A DNA stretch of 64,000 bases from Vicugna vicugna (Eukaryota), in the NCBI GenBank assembly GCA_013265495.1, contig MU058001.1, positions 12,763 to 76,762 of the forward strand, given 5' to 3'. Both the position numbers and the translations under genes were made by a program. Position 1 is the first letter of the stretch, and each line of letters starts with the position of its first letter. The notes under the pieces were generated by a model that searched no databases, was not told the origin of the DNA, and was given only the letters and a program-made list of their open reading frames with translations. This document shows positions 1 through 13,400 of this stretch, one piece after another.

Positions 1-110
1 TTATATATATATATATTATATATATTATATATATTTATTATATATATTATATATATTTTCATATATATATGCATATATATATAGTGTGTGTATACATATA
101 TATATAAATA
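1..110. repeat. Degenerate (TA)n microsatellite within an L1 3' UTR
   Basis: Visible TATA runs; shorter paralog at ~34845-34925. Confidence 0.9.
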
Positions 111-2555
111 CAGATAAATCTGTAGTTATGATGTGTATATATATATACTATAAACACACATTTTCTTCATCCATCATCTATTGTTGGGCAATTAATTTGG
201 TTCTATATTATGTCTATTGTGAATAATGCAGCAGTGAATATAAGGTTGAATTTATCTTTTCTAATAAGTGTTTTTATTTTCTTAGAATATTTATCCAGGT
301 ATGGAAATGTTGGATTATATTTCATTTTTAATTTTTAGATAAAGCTCCATGTTGATTTCTACAGTTGCATCCCATATTTGCATTCACTTCAGCAGTGCAT
401 AAGGTTTGTTTCTCTTTCATCCTCACCAACACTTATTTTTGTTATCTTTTTGATAATAGTCATTCTGACAGGAGTGACATAAAATCTCATTGTGTTATGG
501 ACTTGCATTTTTCTGATGGTTAGTGATGTTGATCAGTTTCATGTGCCTATTTTTTACCTTTCCCCCACTGTATATTCATTTTTTTGTAATAGGCTAAATG
601 ACCATAACTGTCTGACTTCATTTTCAGGCATTCTGTTGTGTTCCATTATTCTGTTTGTTGTTGCCACTACCATATTCTTTTTAATACTGTAGCTTTGTAT
701 TTTAGTTTATAATCAGGGACAGTGATACATCCTCTTTGTTCTTTGTTAAAGTTGTTTGTGTTTTTAGTTTGTTTTCTTTTCTTTTTTTTTTTTTTAGTGA
801 TTTCATCTCTTTTGTGTTTACATGTAAATTTTACAATTATTTTTGTACGGGTTCAAAAATGACCTTGGTATTTTGATAGGCACTGAATTTAATTTGTGTA
901 TTTTGTTGGCTAATGCTGTCATTTAAACAATATTTTATTTTCATCTATGAAAACAGTATATCCTTTCATGTGTTTGCATTATCTTCCATATTTGTTATAA
1001 ATATTGTATAGTTTTCTGAGTACAGGTATTTTACCTCCTTGGTTGTATACATTTCTTGATTTTTTTTGTAATGAAACTCTAAATGTGACAGTTCCCTCAC
1101 TTTCTCTATCTGTTACTTTGTTGTTAGTGTGTAGAAATGCAAGATTTCTGTATGTTAATTTTACATTCGGAAATTTTACAAATGCATTGATAAGCCCTAG
1201 TAGTTTTGTGGCATCTTCTTTAGGATTTCTGTTTAAAATATGTCATATGCAAACAGATAATTTTACTCCTAATCTTAATTAGCTATATTTTACTTACTTT
1301 TATTTTGGATAGCTATGGCTAGAATTTCCAATATTATACTGAATAAAAGTGGTTAGAGGGAGCATTTTTGTCTTCTTCCTGCTCTTACAGGAGATGCTTT
1401 CAGCTTTTAATCTTGAGTGTCATGTTAGCTGAGTTTTTGTCATATACGACCTAAACTGTGTTGAGGTATGTTTACTCATGACCACTTTGAGGAGAAATAT
1501 ATTCATAAATAGATACTGAATTTGTCAAAATATTTTATGACTCTATTGAGGTGACCATATATATTTTATTCTTCAGGTTGTTAGAGTGGTGTATCATACT
1601 GATTAATTTGTGGGTATTGAATCACTTATGCATCCCTGGAATAAAATGGACTTAATCAAAATGTATAATCCTCTTAATGTATTGTTTGATTGGCTAAGAA
1701 TTTAGTGGTGATTTTTGCAAATTTGCTTAACAGTAGAATCTAAACTGTAATTTTTTGAGGTATTTCTTCCAGTTTTAGTAGTAGTGTGATAAAGAAATTT
1801 GGGGTAGGAAGCCTCCATTCCTCTCAAAATTTTTGGAATACGCTGAGAATTATAGGTGATAGCTCTTCTCTAAATGTTTGGCAGAAATAACCTGTAAAGC
1901 TGTCTAGGCCTGGAAATTTGTTTCTTGGGAGATTTTGTTTAATTACTGATTCAATTTCATTAGTCATAATCTGTTCGTATTTTCTTACTCATTCCATTCT
2001 GAAGATAAGTTCTTTCTTAGAAATTGTACATTTCTTCTGGTTTTTCCACTTTATTAGCATATAATTTGTTGTATCTTCATATGATGCTTTGTATTTCTTT
2101 TATATAAGCTGTAACTTCTAATTTATTTCAGGCTTATTAATCTGTACTCTCTTTTTTGCTCATGTGTCTGGTTAAAGTTTATCAACATTATTTATCTTTC
2201 AAAAGCCATTATTTAGTTTCATTAAATACTTCTGTTTTTAATCTTCATTTTATTTAATTATGTTCTGACCTTTCATCTGTCTTTATTTCTACTAACTAGT
2301 TTGTTTATTATTTTGCTACATCTTTTGCTTGTAAGATTATGTTATAAGAGAGAGATGTTTCTTATTTGTATAAGTGGGATTGTTTTGCTATAAGCTTCCC
2401 TATTAATACTGCTTTTGCTATAACACATGGACTTTGTATTTGTTGTTATATTTCTTTATGTGTTTTTTCTTTGATTTATGCAGCAATCCATTGGTTGTTT
2501 AATATTTTATGATATATCCTCCACACTTTACAATTTTTCTCAGGTTTTCTACTTT
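110..2555 (-). mobile_element. Old L1, antisense: 3' UTR and ORF2 remnant with an internal deletion near 560
   Basis: Antisense L1 motifs such as CATCCTCACCAACACTT, GCATTTTTCTGATGGTTAGTGATGTTGA and GCATCCCTGGAATAAA. Confidence 0.88.
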
Positions 2556-2559
2556 TAGT

Positions 2560-4140
2560 AAATTTCTATTCTCACAGAATCCATATGTTTCTTCACAAAA
2601 CAAGGAGAAAAATAATAAAATTTATACAAAAATCTGAAAGACCCAAATTTTCTGAAATTATTTTGAAAAATGAACAAAGTTGTGGGTATTATCCTCCCTG
2701 ACTTTAGAAAGTAGTACAAAGTTACAGTAATCAAAACATCAAAATATATCACTAAAAGAGACACACAGATCAATGGAACAAAATAAAGAGTCCGAAAATA
2801 AACCCACACACATATGGTCAATTTGTCTACCATGGGGTTGCAAGAGTATACAATGGAAAAAAGGCAGTCTCTTCAATATGTAGTTCTGAGAAAACTGGAC
2901 AATACATGTTAAAGGAAGATGTAAGAGCACTTCCTTCCATAGTATAAAACATAAGATAAAGATGGATTGATTTCCTAAATGTAAAGCCCGAAACTATACA
3001 ATTTCTGACAAAGAAAAGGAGCAGAACTGATTTTGAGATAAATCATAGCAATGTTTATTTCTGATCGGTCGCCAAATTAAAAAAAAAGGGAAACTTACAA
3101 TTACAGTTTTTAGTTTACTGAGGAAAAAATAGATGTACTATGCGATACAGGGATTCTATTTCTTGTATAAGTGTGAAGTTCAAAACCTTTTGCAGAGCAA
3201 AGGAAACCTTCACCAAGACATATGATAACAGACAGAATAGAAGGAAAATTTTCAGACAATGAGACCAACAAGAAGTAAATATCCATAATATATATAGCAT
3301 ATTAGACTCAATATTTAAAAACTAAAGACCTCAACTTAAAAACAGTTGAACAATCTTCATGAAAACTTTTCAAAAACAGACATGTGGATGACTTTCATGC
3401 ACATAAAAGAAAACATAACGTTGCTATTCATTAGGAAAACATAAATCAAAACCAGAATTATATATAATATTACAGCAACCAAAATGGCTATTAACAAAAT
3501 GTCTACAAATGACAAACATTAATAAGAATGTCAATAAGAGGGGACCCAGGTACACTGTTGGTGGAAATATAAATTGATAAATCCACTATTTTAAAAGTGT
3601 GGACAGTGCTCAGAAAACTAGAAATAGAAGCATTATATGTTGCAGCAATTCCAGTTTTTGATATAAATCTGAAAAAAATTAAAAGATTAACTTAAGGGAT
3701 TTATTACTGCCAATGTTCTTAACACCATAATTTATAGTAGCCAAGGGTAGAAGCATAACTCAACTGCCCATCAAGAGATGATTGGCTGAAATAGATGTGA
3801 GATATAGATAACATAATAAATACTTAGTCATTGTATATTAAAAAGTAAATATCTGTTATTTGGAACAATGTGACTGGACCGGTGTTGCACATAGGAAAAT
3901 AAGTCATACAGGGAAAAACACTCTACATTGTCACTTAAATGAGGAAAATAAAGATATAAGAGAAACAATCATAAGAAAACAAAAAAAAGAATCACATATA
4001 TATGTGTAGTGTTCCAGGTAGTGGTTTCCTGTGGGGAAAGGGAAGAAGGACAGGAAAGACAGAAATATGCAAGCTACTAGTTATAAATTAGAGAACCAAC
4101 GGCATTAATTTTCCAGCACAGAGAAGTATTTTAATAATTT
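2560..4140 (+). mobile_element. 5'-truncated L1, sense: ORF2 C-terminus and 3' UTR
   Basis: CAGATCAATGGAACAAAATA (DQWNKI-type motif), ACACTGTTGGTGGAAAT, AACTGCCCATCAAGAGATGATTGG. Confidence 0.88.
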
Positions 4141-4399
4141 AATTGATTTTAAAGAGATTATAGGCATATATTATAGTAAAATGTGCATGAATGTAGGAAA
4201 AACATTGATGTAAAGAACCCAGGAAAATCAAAATATTTTGTTGTAGTATGATATTAAGGGAGGCGATTTGTTCACTTTCTTTAGTGTTCTTATAATGCCC
4301 TTAGTAGAATTTAAGCTTTTAATTGAAAAAGTATATACTTTTAAAAGTTATATAAGTTTAAACTATTTTTGTCTCTCCCTTACATCTACAGTCAGTAAA

Positions 4400-6365
4400 A
4401 CATTCACATCTTAACAAAAATAACTACAACACAAAACAATACTCCAGAACGCATGTGAGCAGGTGAAGTTTGGTGGACTAAAACACACAAAGGAGGCTGA
4501 AGTGAGGGAAGAGCAGAATTGGTGTCTGCAACCAAGACCCCCTGACTAGGATATCTGAGTGCACAAGTTCAGAGAACCCAGTAGAAACAGGGTCTCATTG
4601 GTTCACACATCTTCAGCCTCCAGTTGCACCAGTACTCATGGTCACATTTAACTAGGAGGGAGCCACTGTGGAGGCAGATATTCCATCCTTCTTACACTCA
4701 GACATTCATGCCACTGTCCCTACTCCCCATTCACAGTGGTGGAGACAAGTTACCTTGCAACACTGGACATGGCAAACGCACTTGCCTGATTCCAAATACC
4801 CACCTGTCTTTACAAGTTTCCTCAATGTGTACACTGAATCTCAAGGGATATCAGATTAAAAGAAGGGTTCATCGTCCCAGTGACAACAGTGGCACTAACT
4901 ACCAGAGAAGTCTAAGAAGTGACAATGAAAGCAAATCTTTTATCCAGACAGTAGCGACTGGAAAGTGCCATTTTGAAATATTATCAGAGGTAGCTTAGGT
5001 AAGTAAAACCAAAAATTGTGAAATATTGCAAACTACCAGAAAACAAAAGCAAGGACTCCAACTCCCAATCTGTTATTTAGTGTCATCAGAGCAATAATTT
5101 ATCAAGATCATGACCAATCACAGTAACAATATAGGGCATAGACACACACAAATACAAAGACACAGACACTGACTCAGACACAGACGCAGACACACACATA
5201 CCTGCGCACACACACACACACACACACAATATCAACCCTGCAGCAAACAAACTTAAAGTCATGGTATATTGCCATATAACTAATAGAGAATCCATATAGG
5301 TGTCATACAGAAACTCAATACAAAAAACAAAACTAAGAAAGCAGTTTAGTGAGCTCAGGAATAAATTAAATGATGATAAGGTGTACATTACCAAAGAGAC
5401 TGAAACTATAAAATAACCAAACATTATTGGAGGACCAGATGAACTTAGTAAATGAGATGAAGAATGCAACAGGAAGCATTGGAAGAAGACTGTCTTTGTG
5501 AAAGAGAGATTAGCAAACTCCCCAATACAAAACTATAAATGATAGGAGATGGCAGAGATACAAGATATTAAAAAGTGAGGAAATTCTACAATAGCCATCA
5601 GACTTCTTCAGGATGTGCACATTAGAATGAAATCCTGGATGGAGAAGAAAGTTAGAAGGCAGCTGATGGTTTATTTAAAGAAGTAATAGTTGATAATTTC
5701 CCGAACCTAGGTAAGGAATTGATATACAAGTCTGTGAGCCAAGAAAACACCAATAGGTTTAAGACAAAGAGACCTGCTTCAAGATACGTCATATGTAAAT
5801 TGGCAAATCAATGACAGAGTAAAATTTTAAAGGCAGCCAAAAAAAGTTATGATAATCAACAAAGGAACTCCCATTAGACTTTCAGCAGATTTCTCAGCAG
5901 AAAACATACGCCAAGGTAAATGAAATGACATTTTCAAACTACTGAATAAAGAAATCTCTCACCTATGAATTCTCTACCTTGCACAGTTATCGCTTAGGTA
6001 TAAAGTGAAAATAAAGATTTTACCAGACAAACAAAACCTGAATGAGATTAAAAAAAAAAACCGAGACACCTTAGAAGAGGTGCAGAAAAGAGCTTTTCTA
6101 AGAAAAATAAAATGGCAAAAATACGCAAAACATTGAACAAAATACTAAGCAGGAACCACGAGAAATTTACAAGTTTCTTTGGGTATGTTTTTAAATGCTA
6201 GTTTTCTATATGGATTAAAGAGAAATCAGTTGCAATAAATATAGATACATCAATCTGGTAAGATGTTCACAACAGTCAAAGAAATAATTTGTGTCAGTAT
6301 TCATATAAGGTAAACAGTAAAAATAAAACAATAATAAAGGAAGATGCTATCAGCGGAAAAAGGAT
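4400..6365 (+). mobile_element. Ancient L1 5' region with ORF1 remnant (~5290-6120)
   Basis: ORF1-like ATTTTAAAGGCAGCC, CCCATTAGACTTTCAGCAGATTTCTCAGCAGAAA (PIRLSADFSAE) and GATAATTTCCCGAACCT. The 5' boundary is uncertain. Confidence 0.75.
5141..5227. repeat. Imperfect (CA)n/(CAGA) microsatellite
   Basis: Visible; shorter paralog at ~39956-40004. Confidence 0.85.
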
Positions 6366-6384
6366 TAAATTATACATGAGATGC

Positions 6385-6710
6385 TTTATTTTTAATTGAA
6401 GTACAGTAGATGTACTATTTTGTGTAGTTTTAGATGTACAGCATAGTGATTCCAACGACTTGGTAGATTATATTGCATTATAAATTATTACAATAATTGT
6501 AACATACAGTTATTATATGTTATTGTGTTTAATTCCATTATGTATACAGATTATCCTTGTTGTTTATCTGCTTTATGTATACTACTTGTATCTGTCAATG
6601 TCCTACCATTAAATTGTCTTTCCCTTCCACTTTGGTAAACATAAATTATTTCCCGGATCTTTCAGTCTACTTCACCCTTGTCTATCAAATCTCTCTATCT
6701 CTCTACCATG

Positions 6711-6770
<60 letters not shown>

Positions 6771-9700
6771 ATGTATGTATGTATCTATCCTTCTATCTAT
6801 TTATTTGTCTTCTATCAATAGATAGCTATAGATAGATGCACACAGATATCTGTTATTCTTTACGTTCCACATATAAATTATATTATATACTTTTGTCTTG
6901 GTCTAAGTTACTTCACTAAGCACAATATTTACTAGGTCCTTTCATGATGCTGAAATAGCAATGTGTTATACTTTTTCATGGCTGAGTAATATTCCATTGC
7001 ATATTTATAGAAACATCATATCTTCTTAAGTCCATAGTCTACTGTAGACTCTTGGATTGCTTCCCTGTCTTGCATATTATAAACAATGCTGTTGTGAACA
7101 TTGGTTCTTCTCAACTTAGTATTTTTCCCCAGATTTTTCCTAGGAGAGTTATTACTGGGTCATATGGTAGTTCTCTTTTTACTTTTTAAAATATCTGAAT
7201 ACTCTTTTCCATAGCAGTTGTACCAATTTACATTCCTACCAAAGTATACAAGAGATTTCTTTCCTCCACATCATCTCGAACAATTTCTATTTGTAGACTT
7301 TTTGATAATAGCCATATGAACAGTGTGAAGTGATACCTCATTGTGGCTTTGATTTGCAAATACCAATAATTATTAATGTTGAGTATTTTTATCACTTGCC
7401 TGTTACTCATCTGTATGTTTTCTTTGGAAAAATATAATCTCAGGTACCCTGCTCTTTTGTTTGATTGGGTTTTTGTTTTTCACATTGAGTTGTGTAACCT
7501 AAATCCATGTTACATCTATTAACCTTCATCTATTAACCCCTGGTCACTTGCATTATTTGCAAATAAGTTCTCCAATTACACAGGCAATGTTTTCATTTCA
7601 TTGATAGTGTCCTTAGCTGTGCAGAAGTTTTCTAGCTTGTTTAGGTCCCATTTGCTTATCCTTGCTTTTATTTCTTTTGCCTTAGGAGACTGATATAAGA
7701 AAATATTCCCATGAGATATATAGAATAGGTTATCACCTATATCCCCTTCTAGCAGTTTTATAGTATCAGGTCTTACATTTAGGTCCTTAATACATTTTGA
7801 GTTTATTTTTGTATATGATGTCAGGGAATGCTCTAATTTTACTGTTTTACATGAAGACATCCAGCTTTCCAAACACCATCCATTGATGAGACTGTCTTTT
7901 CTCCATTCTGTACTTTTTCCCCTTTTATCATTGATTCATTATTCATAGGTTTGTGGAATTATTTCTAGGCTCTCTATCTGTTTTTACTGATTATATCTGT
8001 GTGTCAATGCCATACTGTTTTTATTACTGTAGGGTTGTAGTATAGTAAGGTGTCCGGGAGGGTTATACCTCCAGATTTGTTGTTTTTTCTCAAGATCATT
8101 TTGGCAATTTTTAATGGTTTCATGTAAAACTTAGAATTATTTATTTTCTGGTTCTGTGGGAAATACTACAAATTCATCACAGGAATTACACTACATCTGT
8201 AGGTTTCTGTGTGGAGTACGGCCATGTTAACTATATTAACTCCTTCAATCCAAGAGCACAAGACATCTTTCCATTTCTTTGAATAATTATTAATTTCTTT
8301 GTCAATATTTTTTAATTTTCAGTGTGTAGATCTTTCATATATGTAGTTACATTTATTCCATGATATTCGGGGGGATGTGATTTTAAATAGTATTGCTTTC
8401 AACGTCCAATTCATGGTATCTCATGATTAATGTGTAGAAATGCAAGAGACTTCTTTACATTAATCTTGTATGCTGCTCCCTTGCTGAAATTATTTATTGT
8501 TCATAATAGTCTGTGTGGAGCCCTTAGGACTCTATGTAGATTGTTATGTCATCAGTACTGGTGACAATTTTGCCTCTCTCTTTCCATTTTGCATTTCTTT
8601 TACTTCTTTTTCTTTCCTTTTCCTTTCTTCTTTTACTATGGAACAGAAGTGCTGAGAGTAGAAATCCTTGTGTTGTTCCTGAATTTACCCAGAAGGCTTT
8701 CAGCCTTTCCCCTGAGTATTATAAATTGTTATAAATGGCCTTTAGTATGTTGAGAGATGTTCCCATTGTACTCCCTTTCATGAGAGATCTGAACATGAAT
8801 GTATGTTGAATTTTGTCTAATGCTTTTTCGGTGTGTATTGACATGGTCCTGTGAATTTTGTCCTTCCTTTATTCAATATGTGTCATGCTGATTGACTTGT
8901 GTATGTTGAACTATCCTTGTGACTCTGGAAGGAATCCAACTGATCATCGTTTATTATCCTTTCTATGTACTGCTAGATTAGTTTGTTGATGTTTTATGAG
9001 GATTTTTGAATTTATATTCATCAAGGATATTCGCTTTACATATTCATTTCTTTTTTTGATAGTGTCTTTGACTGGTTTTGATATCATGGTATTGTTGGCC
9101 TCAGAGAATAACCTTGGGAATTTTCTTTCCTCCTTCATTTTTTGAGATAGTTCGAAGGAAAGCAGTTTTACAGAAGGCATCCAGGCATTTTGTTCAAGGG
9201 GTGTTTTTAAAATGATAGGTTTTATTTAACTTATACTGATTGCTCTTTTCAAGTTTTCAGATTTTGCTTTATTCAGCGTTGGCAGGCTGTACGTTTCAAG
9301 AAATTTGTCCATTTATTTAAGTTCGTACAGTTGGTTGTCACGTAACTGCTCAGAGTGCTTTCATAAGTTTTGTTTATATTTCTGTATTATCAGATGTTAT
9401 TTCTATTCTTTCATTTATTATTTTGTTTGGGTCCACTCTCTGTATTTCTTGATAAGCCTGGCTAAAAATGCTTATCAGTTTGTTAATATTGTTAAGAAAA
9501 TAAAAGCTGTTGATTTTATGATTTTTAATTTATTTTTTAATTTTTATTGTATTTATTTTCAACCTAATCATTAAAGATTTCTTGTCCTGCTGTCTTTGGA
9601 TTTTGTTTGTTCTTATTTCTAGTTATTTTGGGTGGTTAGCTTGGTCCTTTGTGTGAGGTTTTTCTTTTTCCTTGTAGAAGGCCTGAATTTTTCTAAACTT

Positions 9701-10450
9701 CCCTCTTAGATTTGCCTTTTCTGCATCCCATACATTTTATGAAGCTGTGTATTCATTGTAATTTGTTTACAGGTATGATTTTATTACCTCTTTGATTTCA
9801 TCATTGACCTTGTTTTATTTTATTTTTTTAAAGGATGAGGTTTAATCTCATGTTTGTGCTTTTCCTGTTCTTCTTTCTAGAGTTGATGCATAGTTTTATA
9901 ATTTTGAGTATGGAAAAATACTTGCTGTAAACTATATTAGCTTAAAGTTCCTGAGGCTCATTTCATGACATAATATGTGGCTAATTCCTTAGAAAACATC
10001 CTGTGCACACTTGGGAAGCTAATGTGTTCTCCTTTTCTGATGCAGTGTCCAATAGCCCTTTTAGGTTCAAATGATCTAATATGTCATTAAGACCTCTGTT
10101 TCCTTACACATATTCTTTCTGTATGATATGGCCATCAGAATAGTGAGGTGTTAAACTCATCTACTATTATTGTTTTATAATGAATTAATTCCTTCATGTC
10201 TACTAAAATTTCATTTTATACTTAGGATCTATGGTGCTGGGTCCATATAAAAATTAATTAGTGTAATACCCTATTTTTGTTTTGATCTCTTTTTCTTTAT
10301 GTAATCTCATATTTATCTTTTATTGTGAACCTTATTTTAAAATGTAATTTGTATAATTTGAGCATTGCAATCTGCACTTTCTTGTAATTTCCATGAAATA
10401 ACTTTTCCATCTATTTCCTGGCTGAATTTATTTTCCACCATAAAGTGAAA
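6385..10450 (-). mobile_element. L1, antisense: from the 3' end to the endonuclease region of ORF2
   Basis: T-rich tail followed by TTGAAGTACAGTAGATG; ORF-track peptides KLEHSLTSYTKINSKCIKDLNVRP and ATMRYHFT are L1 ORF2p. Confidence 0.92.
6710..6800. repeat. (TC)n followed by (TATC)n tetranucleotide microsatellite
   Basis: About 12 near-perfect TCTA units; interrupted version in copy B at ~41480-41590. Confidence 0.92.
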
Positions 10451-10458
10451 CATTTTTT

Positions 10459-13400
10459 GGGGGGAGGCCATGATGGTGGAGGAGAAGGTTGCTCATAGCT
10501 CACCCTTTCCCACAACTGCACCAAGACTCATCCACAGACCCACTCAGCTAACTAGAGAACTTGCAGAACTCTGATAGAACATTGTCCTCTTCAAAGGATA
10601 AAGATGCAAAAAATCTGATAGGAGAACAGGACGAAAGAAAGAAGAAAAGGCAAAACAGATTGGGACAGGTCCCAGAGGGAGGGAGCAACTAAGAAGGACT
10701 GGCACTCATTCTCTAGGTCTCCCCTCTCCAACTGAGAGGTCAGCAGGATGGATGGGGAACCTCCAAGGGTTGGATCTCTACAGAGTATATGTTGACTGAC
10801 AGAACTAAGTTAAACAAGCACAGAGGATCCCTGTGACACCAAGCCCAAGATGCACCCTGGCAGCTGAGGGCAGGGCCATGCTGTATGAGCTGGGTGGAAA
10901 ATGGGGATGGCTGCACTGAGGCAGCCAGTGGGAATTCAGGGGTCTGTGTGCCATTGCTGTGGGTGCACAGGGCAGAACAAGCTTGGCCCTCCATAAAACA
11001 ACAGGGCAGACATGACCTGGGAAGGGAAAGGTGCATTCCCCATTTCTGAAAATACACAAAAGTTTCTAGGTGAAGAGAGCTGGGGCTCAGACACAGCCAC
11101 CATGCCCTCTGGTGCTTTACACCCAGGTGGCAGCAGGGGCAAAACTGCATCCACTCCTAAGGACTTAGCAGCCTCAAGCACCAGATGGGACTTGTCTAAA
11201 GTCTGGGGCAGATAGGATACTTCAGTCCTATTTCCTCAGAGATCTTGCTCTGCCAAGACAAACAAGGAGCTGAGTTATGGCCCAAATAGAGACAGGTCTG
11301 TTCCTCAGTCTACCCTGAGCCCAATTCCGGTGTGCAAACCTGAGGCAGAGTGTACAGTGGCACAGAGCAATGGAGAGGATGGCACACTGAGAGGGCTGGT
11401 GGCCCCCCACTTTTGGGCTGGAATGCAGCCCCTGACCATGTGACTGGGAGAGGGCATGATGCCCACTCCTGCCTGGTCAGTCTGAAACATCTGACTGCAG
11501 CATCGGGCAGGGCAGTGACAAGCCAACCCACAGTAAAGAGCGCTGCTCCGGAACCAGTGTTGGGAGTAGGAGCGATCTGCTTGCTGACAGGCCCTGGGAG
11601 CAGCACAGATGAGGGCTCCAATGGAGGCCCTCTGGAAAAAGCAAACTGAGCTTCCAAAACAGGATGAATACAGAAAGACATCACATTAGAAGTACACAGT
11701 CTCCAGTAGGACACAGACCACCCCTTGTTTTAATCTATTTTTACCTGTTCCATTTTCTATTACCCTCTTAATTTTTACTACTTAGGCTATTATATATACC
11801 ACCATTTTAAACCCTTTGAAATTTTTAAAAATATTTTTATTATTATTATTTTTCAAAACTCTGCTTCAAATTGTTTTTATATTATTCATTATACAATGTC
11901 TTCAAACCTTTATTTCTTCCTTCTTTAAAATTCTTTATCTCTCTCTCTCTCTCTTTTTCTCTTTTCTAAGTTGTATTACTACATAGGCATTAGGTAGATA
12001 AATACCTTTAGGACCAGAGCAGATAACTGATACTCCATAAACCACAGTGAAAGAGAGCTAGGAGCAAGTAGAAGAAGCAGAGAAACCATTCCCAATTAAA
12101 AGANNNNNNNNNNNNNNCCCTGAAAGTCAGTGAAATAGACATCGATAGCCTACTAGATCAAGATTTCAAAAAAGGAGTGATCAAATTACTGAAGGAAATA
12201 AAAGATAGTGTTTAAAGGTATAAAACATGTTAAAAATGAAATGGAAGCTATAAAGAAGAGCCGAGTAGAATAGGTAAACCCGTTGACTGAGATGAGGAAT
12301 AATCTAAAGGTGTCACTGCTGACTAGATAATGCAGAGGAACGAATTTGTGACTTAGAAGACAGGACAATAGAAAGCAGCCAATCATAAGAGCTACAAGAG
12401 AAACAACAAGAAAGAAATGAAAAAAGCATATGAGACCTATGGGATAATAGAAAGCATGCCAATCTTGGCATGATAGAAGTCCCAGAAGGGGAGGAAAGAT
12501 CAAAGGGGATTGCAATGGTGTTTGAAGAAATCATGACTGAGAACTTCCCAAACATAAAGAAAGAATCAGATCTCCAAGTACAGGAAGCTCAGAGTGTCCC
12601 AAACAGGAAGAACCCAAATACACCCACACCAAGACATATAAGTAAGAAGGCCAAAGGCAAGGATAAAGAAATTATCCTAAAGGCAGCAAGAGAATAGCAA
12701 AGAGTGAGTTACAAGGGAATCCCCATAAGGTTCCTAGCTGATTTCATTACACAAATACTACAGGCCTGAAGGGAGTGGAAAGATATATTCAAAGTCCTGA
12801 CTGAAAAAAAGATATACCTTAGGATACTTTAAACAGCAAGTCTCTCCTTTATGGTAGAAGGAGACATAAAGAATTTCACAGACAAGAAAATGCTACAAGA
12901 GTTTAGCAACACTAGACCCATGCTAGAAGAAATATTGAAAGGTCTACTCTAAATAGAAAAGCAGCAGGATGCTTCAGAAATGTGAACCTCACAGCTGTAA
13001 ACGTGCTAACTCATGAATTACAAATAAAATACACACAAAATTTTAAAACAAGACATAGAAATCATTGAGAGTGGGAGAGGAAGGCAGGAAAATAGAGAAT
13101 TTTTTTTTTTTGGTCTTTAAAAAGTATTTGTTCTTGGTAGGATGTGTTTGAGATCATGCTACTATCAGTTTAAATAAAGCAGTTATAATAATGGTCTAAA
13201 AGACTTATAAAAAAGGGTAAGAAGAAGACAAAAACTTATCAGGGAGTCACTAAAACTAAATAAAATTCATGATAATACAAAGGAAAATGAGCAAACCATA
13301 AAAGAAAGATGAAAGGAACAAAGAGGAAATACCTAAAGAACTGCAAAGAAATGGTCAAAATGGCAATAAACACAAACCTATCATCGATTATTTTAAATGT

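Noticed and set aside
4624..4998. 124 aa ORF with a 113 aa paralog at 39573-39914 as a novel gene
   Set aside because: Non-ATG starts, a 1 bp indel between copies near 4800 changes the N-termini, the stops differ, and it lies in a probable L1 5' region.
5086..6835. Hydrophobic membrane-like ORFs (5086-5469, 6557-6835 and many similar)
   Set aside because: Products of T-rich antisense L1 sequence and CA or TATC microsatellites.
10740..11714. Cluster of overlapping 60-136 aa ORFs on both strands (also 45591-46505)
   Set aside because: GC-rich L1 5' UTR with low stop density; frames are not preserved between the two copies and no protein family is recognisable.
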